NCBI GenBank assembly: GCA_946628005.1
Contig: CAMOWA010000002.1
Location: forward strand, 8,733-72,732
Length of the DNA stretch: 64,000 nucleotides
Reading direction: 5' to 3'
Source of the DNA: an uncultured Bacillales bacterium
GTDB taxonomy: Bacteria; Bacillota_I; Bacilli_A; RF39; UBA660
In this document: in pieces, positions 50,020 through 58,508 of the stretch
How positions within the stretch are numbered: position 1 is the first letter of the stretch
How the letters are laid out: every line of letters begins with the position of its first letter
The notes under the pieces: model-generated
The model's database searches: none
What the model was told of the DNA's origin: nothing
Seen by the model: the letters and a program-made list of their open reading frames with translations, nothing else
Position numbers and translations under genes: made by a program

Positions 50020-50049
50020 ATTATATCATATTGCATTTATTATTGTCAA
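50020..50049 (-). promoter_or_regulatory. Sigma-A type promoter of the rplU operon
   Basis: On the minus strand, TTGACA (50044-50049), an 18 nt spacer, then TGATATAAT (extended -10; TATAAT at 50020-50025). Confidence 0.6.
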
Positions 50050-50060
50050 ATATTCATTGA

Positions 50061-51794
50061 TTATTTTCTTTTTACTTTTTCATAAATAATATTTTTTATC
50101 TCTTTTATGTCTTCTTCTTCTATTATTGTATTATGGATAATTGCTTGAAATAATGCTTCTTTTTTATCTTCACTGTTTCTATCATAGTATCTTTTTACTC
50201 TATTTTTAGAGAAAAGTAGCCCATCAATTATATAAACTCTACTATTACTTTCTTCATATTCTAATAATTCTGGTATTTCTTCATAATTATTTCCTTTTTT
50301 ACAATATTTTTGATAATCTGGAACATCATTTATAATATATTGATCTAATTCATCATCTAGAAATTTATACTTCTTTTTTTCAATTATTTCATATAATTCT
50401 TTTATATTTTCTGTTAGTATACCAATACTTCTTAAAACATATAATCTTTTTATATTTTCGTTATTTAATATTTCTTGGTTTTTTTCTAATTCATTTTCTA
50501 ATCCTATTTCTAATGCATAATCAATTTTTTCTGCAAGATTAGGGTATCTTAAGTAATTTAAATTACCTTCTTTTGGTATATAATTTATTAAATCATATTC
50601 TTTTAATATTTTTATATTTATTTCTAAATAGTCATTGTTTATAATAACTTCGTTTGAATTATAAAATATCATTGGATTAATTTTTTCTAAATATAAAAAA
50701 TTAATACTATTTTGTAATGAGATATATTCTTCACTATTTTCATTTAATATTTTTGGATGATTAATTAAAGTTTGTTTATGAATAATTCCTTTTTTTATTA
50801 AATTTAATATTATATTGAAAATATATATATTTGATGTATTTTGTAAACATTTTATAATTATTTCTTTATTATTAAAATAGTTAGATAATTGATTTAATAT
50901 TTGTTCTACACCCTCCAAAGGTAATTTCATTATTTTTTCTAAGTCGATTTCATCCTCTTGAATATCATATCTTGATAATATTTTTATATAATCATATTTA
51001 AAATCTTCTTTTTCCATCATAATTTTTTTATCTAAATCTTCTTTAATATATATATTTCTATTATGTTTATCTATAAATAATAATAAATTACGTTTTATAT
51101 CATTATTCTTAATTGCATTTAGTAGTGGTTTATAATCATCTATAATATCTTCTTGTTCTTTATAACGTTCTATTATTTTTTTTGAATCTTTATAACGACT
51201 AATTTGTTTTTTTGTTTCTTTTATTCTGTAATTTTCTGCTTTAATTACTTGATTAATAGTTTTTTTATAATTATTTATTTCTTGATTATAGAATAATATG
51301 TTAATTGGATGAGTAGTGTTTTCATTTTGTGGAGTTTTAAAAAAGCAAAATAATACTATTGAACGGATTAATTTAACTTGGTATTTTTCTAAATATTCTA
51401 ATAATTTATTTATAGCGACTTCTATATTTTCATTGTTATTTATATATTTTCCAAATACTTGTTCTAAGATTTTATTATTAAATTTATTTATTCTGTTATT
51501 TCGAATGTTTTCTAAAACCATTACTAACATATCTATATCTTCTCTATTGATTTTATCAAAAAGTGGTTTTAATATTTCTAATTCTTCTTTTATTTTATAC
51601 ATTTTGTCGGTATTATCTTGTGTGAGATATATTAGAATATTATCTGATGGTGATAATTTTTTAGCGTTTTCATTATTATTTTCAATGGTTTCTTTTGCTT
51701 CATTATAAAATTCAATTATACTTTCTTTTTTCTTATTTTCATTATTTAACAATTCTATTTCATTATCAATTTGTTTTAATATATATTCTATCAT
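50061..51794 (-). CDS. Hypothetical helical protein (577 aa)
   Basis: SD AGAGGTGA. The ATG overlaps the upstream stop (ATGA), indicating translational coupling. No recognisable motif. Confidence 0.6.
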   Translation of the reverse strand: MIEYILKQIDNEIELLNNENKKKESIIEFYNEAKETIENNNENAKKLSPSDNILIYLTQDNTDKMYKIKEELEILKPLFDKINREDIDMLVMVLENIRNNRINKFNNKILEQVFGKYINNNENIEVAINKLLEYLEKYQVKLIRSIVLFCFFKTPQNENTTHPINILFYNQEINNYKKTINQVIKAENYRIKETKKQISRYKDSKKIIERYKEQEDIIDDYKPLLNAIKNNDIKRNLLLFIDKHNRNIYIKEDLDKKIMMEKEDFKYDYIKILSRYDIQEDEIDLEKIMKLPLEGVEQILNQLSNYFNNKEIIIKCLQNTSNIYIFNIILNLIKKGIIHKQTLINHPKILNENSEEYISLQNSINFLYLEKINPMIFYNSNEVIINNDYLEINIKILKEYDLINYIPKEGNLNYLRYPNLAEKIDYALEIGLENELEKNQEILNNENIKRLYVLRSIGILTENIKELYEIIEKKKYKFLDDELDQYIINDVPDYQKYCKKGNNYEEIPELLEYEESNSRVYIIDGLLFSKNRVKRYYDRNSEDKKEALFQAIIHNTIIEEEDIKEIKNIIYEKVKRK

Positions 51795-52729
51795 TTCTTT
51801 TTCACCTCTGCTTCTAATAATGAAAACAGTTCATTCTCAATATTTGTATTCTCATCTATATAATCAGCTTCAGTACGTAAATTTTCTATTTGTTCTTTTT
51901 CTGCTTTATATCTATTTATTTTTAATTCTAGATTTTCACGATAATCTTTGTCTTTATCTGATTTTTTAGTAAATATTGATATTATTACATATTGATTAAT
52001 AGAAATTCTTTCAAATACTACTCTTACTTGGTGTTCTTTTACCTCTGCAAAACCTTTTAATTTACTATTTGATACAAATCTTTTTACATTTTTAAATGTT
52101 CCATCTTTTATTGAGTTTAGTAATACTTTAATACGCTCATAAAAAGATGCGTCAATGTTTTTAACTTCTTCTATTGCTTGAATTTTACTAGATGGCGTTT
52201 TTGAAAATAATAATTGATTTTCTATTTGTATTTCTTGTTCATCTTCTATTTCTATATAATATGCTTTTTGTAATAGATTTCTTCTTTTATTAATTTCTAA
52301 GATCATTTGTTTAATATATATATAATCATCTATTGTTAATGTATTATCTCGATATAATATTTGATAATCTTTTAAACTTTCATTTAATTTTAGCAACATT
52401 TTTATAATTATTTCATGATATTTTTCATGTTTTATGGATGGTAAAGATTCTAAATACGTTGTTTCTAATTCTTCATCTGGTATACTCATAAATTCTGAAA
52501 AAAAGTATTCTAATTCATCATCTACTTTTTTACTATCTACTTTTTCTTCATCAACTATTTCTGCTAAGTTTTCTGATTCAGTTTTTTCAGTGGCTTTTTC
52601 TAGTTTTGATTTTGCTTCTAATATTCCTTTATATTCTTCTCTTCTTTTTTTATGGAATCGTATATTAGCTGTAATGATTGAATCTAACTCTTCAATTGAT
52701 TCTGTTCCATTTGTATCTATGTAGACCAT
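51791..52729 (-). CDS. Hypothetical protein (312 aa): acidic helical N-terminal part with a weak RelE/gp49(HigB)-like C-terminal segment
   Basis: SD GAAGGTGA upstream of ATG 52729. The C-terminal KLKGFAEVKEHQVRVVFERISINQYVIISIFTKKSDK resembles the gp49/HigB toxin-fold signature (g..El+....R+.f......++I...F.KK). Confidence 0.55.
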   Translation of the reverse strand: MVYIDTNGTESIEELDSIITANIRFHKKRREEYKGILEAKSKLEKATEKTESENLAEIVDEEKVDSKKVDDELEYFFSEFMSIPDEELETTYLESLPSIKHEKYHEIIIKMLLKLNESLKDYQILYRDNTLTIDDYIYIKQMILEINKRRNLLQKAYYIEIEDEQEIQIENQLLFSKTPSSKIQAIEEVKNIDASFYERIKVLLNSIKDGTFKNVKRFVSNSKLKGFAEVKEHQVRVVFERISINQYVIISIFTKKSDKDKDYRENLELKINRYKAEKEQIENLRTEADYIDENTNIENELFSLLEAEVKKK

Positions 52730-52734
52730 TTCTA

Positions 52735-54435
52735 TCACCTTCTAATTTTTCTTTTTTTCTTTATTACTTTTCCTATTCCTATAGTTGATGCGCCTATTAG
52801 AAATACTCCTCCAGCGCAATATGGTATTTTACTTGAATACTTAGGGAAGGATTTTATTTCATATTTTCTTAAATCATCATCTTCATTAGGCTTTGTATAG
52901 TCTCTTGTTGTAAAATCTATATCTAAATATCCATCACTATTTTTTGCAGGAGCATTAATACAACTATTGGTTGTTTGAATCATAGACGTAGAAAAGTCAG
53001 TTATTTCATCAAAATTTGGTTTTACATTAGCTATATCTACTTCTTCATTATAGTTTTCTCCTCCGGCTATCCATAGTTCAAAACGCTCATTTATCGTATT
53101 ATCCTTTTCTATAATCTTGTCCATTACTGATTGGTTTGAATATATACCAGGAATATAGCCATTTTCTGATATTTCTTTTTCCCATATAGATAGACAGTCT
53201 TCAAGATATAACTCTTCTATTTTACTTTCTAAATCTAAGTATACTGGATAATCTATTTGAAATTTTTTAATCGTTTCTAATGTTTTTTCTACTTGTTCTT
53301 TAAATCTTTTTATAAAATCTTCTTTAGATTCATTTTCTTTTTTGAATACTTCATTGACACAATATGCTCCTATTGAAATATTGTTTTCTATACAGTTTTT
53401 GGCATTATATTCAAAGCATTCATCTTTTACTACTCCATGGTTACTTCTAAGAATTATAAAATCAAAATCCATATTATCCCAATCTGTATTATTACCTTGC
53501 ATTTCACTTAAATCACATCCCATTAGTGGTTCTTCTAAAGTTACAAAAGATGTTTTATTATATGGTATCTTTTCAACAATATATGGTATTTTTATTGTTA
53601 CTGATTCACTATTATGAAATTTATGAGTTAATGATATTTTTAATAAATTATTATATTTTAATAATGTTTCTATACTTAAATTATATTTAAAAGATATTTC
53701 TTCTAACTCTTCAATAGATTTTATTGTTATTTTTTTATTTATTTTAAAATTTGATAAGTCATTTAATCTATTTTCTTCTATATATTTAACTATATCTTTT
53801 TTAGCGTGAATTTTTCCTTCTTCATCTTTATATATTACAAAGTTTCCTTCATAATCTTGTTTATCATCCTTTATTATATATACATCAGAATCTTTTATAT
53901 CTAAATATTTTTTTGCTTCATTTAGTAAATTATCTTCTCCATATAATCCTACATATATTCCATTTTGTTTACACATTTCTAAAAATATATTAATTAGTTT
54001 TTGTTTTTCAGTATTATTTAATTTGTCGTTTTTCATAATATTTTTAATGTTTAAGTATACAGGACATTTAACATCATATTTAGAAAGAATACTTTTTACA
54101 TATTCTACATCATTATATATATCATATTCTTTTTCTGCAGTACTATTTATTATTAGACCACATGCTATACCTTTTTCATTACAATATTTAATTTTTTGTT
54201 CAAAGAGAAGAGTTGCTAGATTTTTACTTGACCCTGCATCTAATAAAACAAAATCTGTACTTTTTACATTATAATTAAAGTAAGGATTTATATCTTCATG
54301 TCCTATTTCATGAGGTACTAGGTCTCCAGTAGTTAATTTTTCTTTATTTAAGTGAAAAGCAATACCTGTTCCTATGGCACCTGTTATTAATAATGCTAGT
54401 GGTATTGCTGGATTTATTTTTATTCTATTTGACAT
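52735..54435 (-). CDS. Bitopic membrane protein with two GH25-like modules and a LysM-like segment
   Basis: SD GGGGGAAGGAAA upstream of ATG 54435. N-terminal TM helix INPAIPLALLITGAIGTGIAF. The second module has GCDLSEMQGNNTDWDNMDFDFIILRS (GH25 DxSxxQG). The first module is degenerate (DFVLLDAGSS). The C-terminus has a TM helix and a KKKRKIRR tail. Confidence 0.65.
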   Translation of the reverse strand: MSNRIKINPAIPLALLITGAIGTGIAFHLNKEKLTTGDLVPHEIGHEDINPYFNYNVKSTDFVLLDAGSSKNLATLLFEQKIKYCNEKGIACGLIINSTAEKEYDIYNDVEYVKSILSKYDVKCPVYLNIKNIMKNDKLNNTEKQKLINIFLEMCKQNGIYVGLYGEDNLLNEAKKYLDIKDSDVYIIKDDKQDYEGNFVIYKDEEGKIHAKKDIVKYIEENRLNDLSNFKINKKITIKSIEELEEISFKYNLSIETLLKYNNLLKISLTHKFHNSESVTIKIPYIVEKIPYNKTSFVTLEEPLMGCDLSEMQGNNTDWDNMDFDFIILRSNHGVVKDECFEYNAKNCIENNISIGAYCVNEVFKKENESKEDFIKRFKEQVEKTLETIKKFQIDYPVYLDLESKIEELYLEDCLSIWEKEISENGYIPGIYSNQSVMDKIIEKDNTINERFELWIAGGENYNEEVDIANVKPNFDEITDFSTSMIQTTNSCINAPAKNSDGYLDIDFTTRDYTKPNEDDDLRKYEIKSFPKYSSKIPYCAGGVFLIGASTIGIGKVIKKKRKIRR

Positions 54436-54465
54436 TTTCCTTCCCCCATTCTTTGACTGTTTCAG

Positions 54466-54494
54466 ATTATACCACATATGTAGGGTTTTGTCAA
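54466..54494 (-). promoter_or_regulatory. Near-consensus sigma-A promoter for the GH25 cassette
   Basis: On the minus strand, TTGACA (54489-54494), a 17 nt spacer, then TGGTATAAT (TATAAT at 54466-54471). It lies inside the ORF-track N-terminal extension of the 592 aa ORF. Confidence 0.65.
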
Positions 54495-54532
54495 ATTTTT
54501 TCTTTTTTTTCATAAAAAAATCTGTAAAGAAT

Positions 54533-56479
54533 TTATTTCTTTATAGATTTTTTCTTTATTTTTATTGTTGGATATATTGCATTTAATAAAATACTATTTT
54601 CTGAATATTTTTTTAATTGTTTTTCTACTGCATTTTCTCCCTCTGTGACAATCAAATTATTAATATATTCTTTAAATTGATTATATTCTTCTAGATCGTA
54701 TGTTGATAAATCATATGAATTATTATCGTTTGTTTTATATTCTGCTATATATAAATAATTTGTATCTATATATGGTTCTATCAATTTACCATTTTCATAA
54801 TAATAGTATTTATTATTTATTTTATATATTGGCTCATTTATTTTTTTATTTATTTCTGTTTGATATTCTATTTCACATTCATTTGGTAGGCTTAATATTA
54901 GCTGACCTATATAATTATATATTTCTGTTTTATTTTCATTTTTGCATATGAAAATATCATCTAGAAAGTCTACTTTAGTATAATTATTATCATTAATTAT
55001 TTTTATTTCTGATTCATAATTTTTTTGGCAAGCTATTTTATAATAATCCTTTTCTTTTAAGGCTAGAAATAAGTAATTATAAATATTTTGTTTGTGGTCA
55101 AATCCTATTTTTATTTCTTTGTATTTTATTGGTAGAATTATTTTATCTTTTTTTGCTAAACCTAATAAATTTTTTTGTTTAATTATGTTTATGTCATTTA
55201 TTAATTCTTCTATACTATCATATTCTGCAGGTAATAATTTATTATCTTCTTTAAAAATTCTTGATGCGTAATATAATCCTACTTTGTTATCTTTTTTAAA
55301 AGTATAACCATTAAAATAAGTGTTGTGGTCAATTATAATACAATTTTCAATCAGTGGGGTAATTTTCCATTGATTATTTTCGTATTCCATTGTACATATT
55401 GTACTTATTCCATTATTATTAAGAATTATACTATATATTCCTATTTGTTCTATTGAATCATATCTTGGCTCTATTGGATTTTCATTATAGTTTAGACCTA
55501 TTGATAAGCCAAGTTTATTATCATTAATTAATACAAAGTTTTCATCTTTTATTTTTATTTTATCATAGTTTATTTTAACAATTTTCACTATTTTTGGCAT
55601 ATTCTCTTTATTATCCCAAAAGTTTACTGTTACTTTTATTATACCGTGTTTATTATTTTTTACTACATCAAAATAATGATCATATTTTCTGTCACCTATT
55701 TCTTTCTTATATAGTAAATTTATATCATCGTATTCTTCACTAGAAAATATTTTTTTTAAAGTTCTACTATATAGTATTTCAATTGTTTTATTATTTTTAC
55801 ATTTAAGCAAAGATCCTTCTATTATTTCTATTTTATTATATTTTTCTGTTTCTTTGATTTTTCCATCTACTTCTATTTTAGCATATTGTTGTTTATCTTT
55901 AGTAAAAATTAATAGCCCATAATCATTTTCTATATTATCGAATTCTAATGGTTCTTCTATTTCAAATAATTTATTTTCTACATTTATTTTTATTATTCCT
56001 TTTTTTTGTTTTGTTACTATAAAACTCTTATTTGATATTCCTTCAATATATTCTACTTTTTCAAAACCTTCATTTATAATATCATTTTTATTTCTTGCTG
56101 TATAACAATTAAATATATGATATTTATTTGTATTAGTATTTTTTAATATTAATAATTCCATATTGTCGTAATATAATGAAAAAATTTTGTGTTTTTCTAT
56201 TAATTCATAATTCTTAATAAACATACTTTTATTTTTCACATCATATATATTTATTGTATTATTTTCTTCGCTATTTTTATCTTTACTTATTAAGTATATA
56301 AATTTATTATTTTTATCATAATTTATATCATATTTTCCTTTTTCTATTATTAATTGTTTTGATTTTATGTTATATAGTGCGACATATCCATTATCTAATT
56401 TTACTATAGCTATATCATCAATAATTTCTAGATTGTTGTAAAATACTTTTTCTTTTATTATTTTATTTTCTATTTCCAT
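54533..56479 (-). CDS. WG-repeat-like beta-propeller-type protein (648 aa), tandem paralogue 2
   Basis: Repeats of the form NK.G(L/I)...(I/L)P..YD.I occur (NKLGLSIG...IEPRYDSIEQ, NKVGLYYA...LPAEYDSIEE, LLGLAKKDKIILPIKYKEIK). It is collinear with the upstream ORF. Confidence 0.55.
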   Translation of the reverse strand: MEIENKIIKEKVFYNNLEIIDDIAIVKLDNGYVALYNIKSKQLIIEKGKYDINYDKNNKFIYLISKDKNSEENNTINIYDVKNKSMFIKNYELIEKHKIFSLYYDNMELLILKNTNTNKYHIFNCYTARNKNDIINEGFEKVEYIEGISNKSFIVTKQKKGIIKINVENKLFEIEEPLEFDNIENDYGLLIFTKDKQQYAKIEVDGKIKETEKYNKIEIIEGSLLKCKNNKTIEILYSRTLKKIFSSEEYDDINLLYKKEIGDRKYDHYFDVVKNNKHGIIKVTVNFWDNKENMPKIVKIVKINYDKIKIKDENFVLINDNKLGLSIGLNYNENPIEPRYDSIEQIGIYSIILNNNGISTICTMEYENNQWKITPLIENCIIIDHNTYFNGYTFKKDNKVGLYYASRIFKEDNKLLPAEYDSIEELINDINIIKQKNLLGLAKKDKIILPIKYKEIKIGFDHKQNIYNYLFLALKEKDYYKIACQKNYESEIKIINDNNYTKVDFLDDIFICKNENKTEIYNYIGQLILSLPNECEIEYQTEINKKINEPIYKINNKYYYYENGKLIEPYIDTNYLYIAEYKTNDNNSYDLSTYDLEEYNQFKEYINNLIVTEGENAVEKQLKKYSENSILLNAIYPTIKIKKKSIKK

Positions 56480-56494
56480 AGATTACTCCTTGTT

Positions 56495-58411
56495 TTATAA
56501 TTTTTTTATTTTAACGCTAGGATTACTATTTTTTGCACCTTGGCTAAGTATACTTTCTAAGCATTCTTCTACCTCATTTTCATTATTATTCCCTATAAAT
56601 TTTATTAATTTTTTATATTCTTCTTCATCATATGTTGTTATTGTATATATTTGTTCATTCATTTTTAGTTCTACACTGTAATTATTTCTAACTTCTATAT
56701 AAGTTGGATATAATTTTCCATTTTCATAATAATAGTAATCTCCATTTATTTTAAATACTGGTGAATAGGATGTCTTCTTTACATTTTCTAGATATTCAAT
56801 TGTAGTATTTACTGGTAATTTTGCTACTAATTTATCGTTAAAATTATATATATAAGCAAAATAATCATCTCTACATATTATTAAATTTGCTATAAAGTCT
56901 ATTTCTATATATTCATTATTATCTATTATTTCTATTGGTTGATCTATTTCATCTCTTTTAGCAAGTTTGTATACTCCGTATTTTTTTAATGCAAAGTACA
57001 TTTTATCTTCATAAGTATCATAATGTTTTTCATCTATACCTATTTTAATATCTTCATATCCTTTATCTATAATTATTTTTCCTCTTTCTGCTAATTTTTT
57101 ATAGCCATTTTTTATTAAAAAGTAGAAATAGTTTTTAAATTTAATAATTTTATCATATTCATTTGGAATTATACCATCATCACTGCCATATGCGAATGAT
57201 GAAAAAAACATTCCCAATGAATCATCTTTTTCATAAATAAATGATTTATCATTTTCATCGTAATTAATAATTTTACATTCTTTTATTACTGAGGTCATTT
57301 TCGGATTATAATCTCTTCCAATAATTTTTGCGAATGTATATATGTCATTTATACCAAATAAATAGCTATTTATTCCTGTCCGTATTATTAAATCGTATTT
57401 AGGTTCTAATGGTTTTTTGTTTAGATTTTCTCCTATAGATAATCCTTTTTTATCATTTTTTATAATTATATAATCATCATCATTAAATATAATTTTATGA
57501 TATTTTATTTTTACTATTTCTTCTATTTTTGGTGGTAGACTTCCATTCTCAAATAAATTTATTGTTGTTTTTACAATACCTTGTAGACCATTTTTTTCTA
57601 CGTTAAGGAAATAGTCATATGTTCTATCCCTATACCTTACTTCTTTTATATGATCAATATTTATATCGTCATATTTATCACTTGATATTATTTTATTAAA
57701 TTTTCCTGTTTGAAGTATTTCTATTGTTTTTCCTCTTCTACATTTTATATGTCGTTTAACATATTGATCACTTTTTTCAAATTCTATTGTATTATAAGTC
57801 TCTGTTTTTTTACTTAAATCATCTCTTTTTTTAGCAATTTGATGATTATCTTTTGTAAATATGATTATAAATTCGTGACATTCAATTTTATCATATTCTA
57901 AAGGTTCTTCTAATTTTATTTTAAAATTATTTTTATTGTAACTATAAATTCCTTGTTTTTCTTTGGTAACTATAAATAAATGGTTTATATAATAATTTAT
58001 ATATTTTATATTATTAAAACTTTCTTCAAATATGTTATCTCCTGCTCTAGTAGCAAATGGACTAAATATATGCATACTATTATCTTGAGGATTTTTTAAA
58101 ATAAATATTATGTTATTATCATTACGTGTATCGAATGTGATTTTTTCTTTTATTATCCAGTCTTTAATAATTATTTTTCTTTTTTCTAGATCATATATAC
58201 TAATATTTTTATTAATATCCATAATATATATGTAATTATTTATACTATCTATAAATGTTTCATATTTTCCTTTTTCTACTATTAGTTTTTTTTCTTTTTT
58301 ATCATATAAAATTGTGTTTTTATTTCTTAAATGTATAATTTCTATATCATCTATTCTTTGTATGTTATTATTTACTAGTAATTCTTTTTTTATTTTAGTT
58401 TCAACCTGCAT
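56495..58411 (-). CDS. WG-repeat-like protein (638 aa), tandem paralogue 1
   Basis: SD AAAAGGAGAG. It shares its N-terminus (M.(V/I)E.KI.KE......I..IDDI.I..L.N......Y....K.LI.EKGKY) and its C-terminus (KIN..YYYYENGKL) with 54533-56479. Confidence 0.55.
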   Translation of the reverse strand: MQVETKIKKELLVNNNIQRIDDIEIIHLRNKNTILYDKKEKKLIVEKGKYETFIDSINNYIYIMDINKNISIYDLEKRKIIIKDWIIKEKITFDTRNDNNIIFILKNPQDNSMHIFSPFATRAGDNIFEESFNNIKYINYYINHLFIVTKEKQGIYSYNKNNFKIKLEEPLEYDKIECHEFIIIFTKDNHQIAKKRDDLSKKTETYNTIEFEKSDQYVKRHIKCRRGKTIEILQTGKFNKIISSDKYDDINIDHIKEVRYRDRTYDYFLNVEKNGLQGIVKTTINLFENGSLPPKIEEIVKIKYHKIIFNDDDYIIIKNDKKGLSIGENLNKKPLEPKYDLIIRTGINSYLFGINDIYTFAKIIGRDYNPKMTSVIKECKIINYDENDKSFIYEKDDSLGMFFSSFAYGSDDGIIPNEYDKIIKFKNYFYFLIKNGYKKLAERGKIIIDKGYEDIKIGIDEKHYDTYEDKMYFALKKYGVYKLAKRDEIDQPIEIIDNNEYIEIDFIANLIICRDDYFAYIYNFNDKLVAKLPVNTTIEYLENVKKTSYSPVFKINGDYYYYENGKLYPTYIEVRNNYSVELKMNEQIYTITTYDEEEYKKLIKFIGNNNENEVEECLESILSQGAKNSNPSVKIKKL

Positions 58412-58439
58412 ATTTCTCTCCTTTTATTAATATTATATT

Positions 58440-58467
58440 ACTATACTTATATTTTTTTAAAAGTCAA
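58440..58467 (-). promoter_or_regulatory. Possible promoter for the WG-repeat gene pair
   Basis: On the minus strand, TTGACT (58462-58467), a 16 nt spacer, then TATAGT (58440-58445). Confidence 0.35.
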
Positions 58468-58477
58468 CTTTATAATA

Positions 58478-58505
58478 TAAAAAAACAAGTTTTTACTTGT
58501 TTTTA
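58478..58505 (-). terminator. Rho-independent terminator after the hybrid kinase gene
   Basis: AAAAACAAGT (58481-58490) pairs with ACTTGTTTTT (58495-58504). Confidence 0.7.
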
Positions 58506-58508
58506 GTT

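Noticed and set aside
54436-54513. N-terminal extension of the 592 aa ORF (MKKKKKFDKTLHMWYNLKQSKNGGRK)
   Set aside because: This stretch contains a near-consensus promoter (-35 and -10) and the strong SD for ATG 54435. The extension is therefore non-coding.
50061-58411. Prophage or lysis-module remnant, considered because of the GH25 domains
   Set aside because: There are no integrase, terminase, portal, capsid, holin or att-like repeats. The GH25 protein is anchored by TM helices at both ends, unlike endolysins. The flanking genes are chromosomal core.
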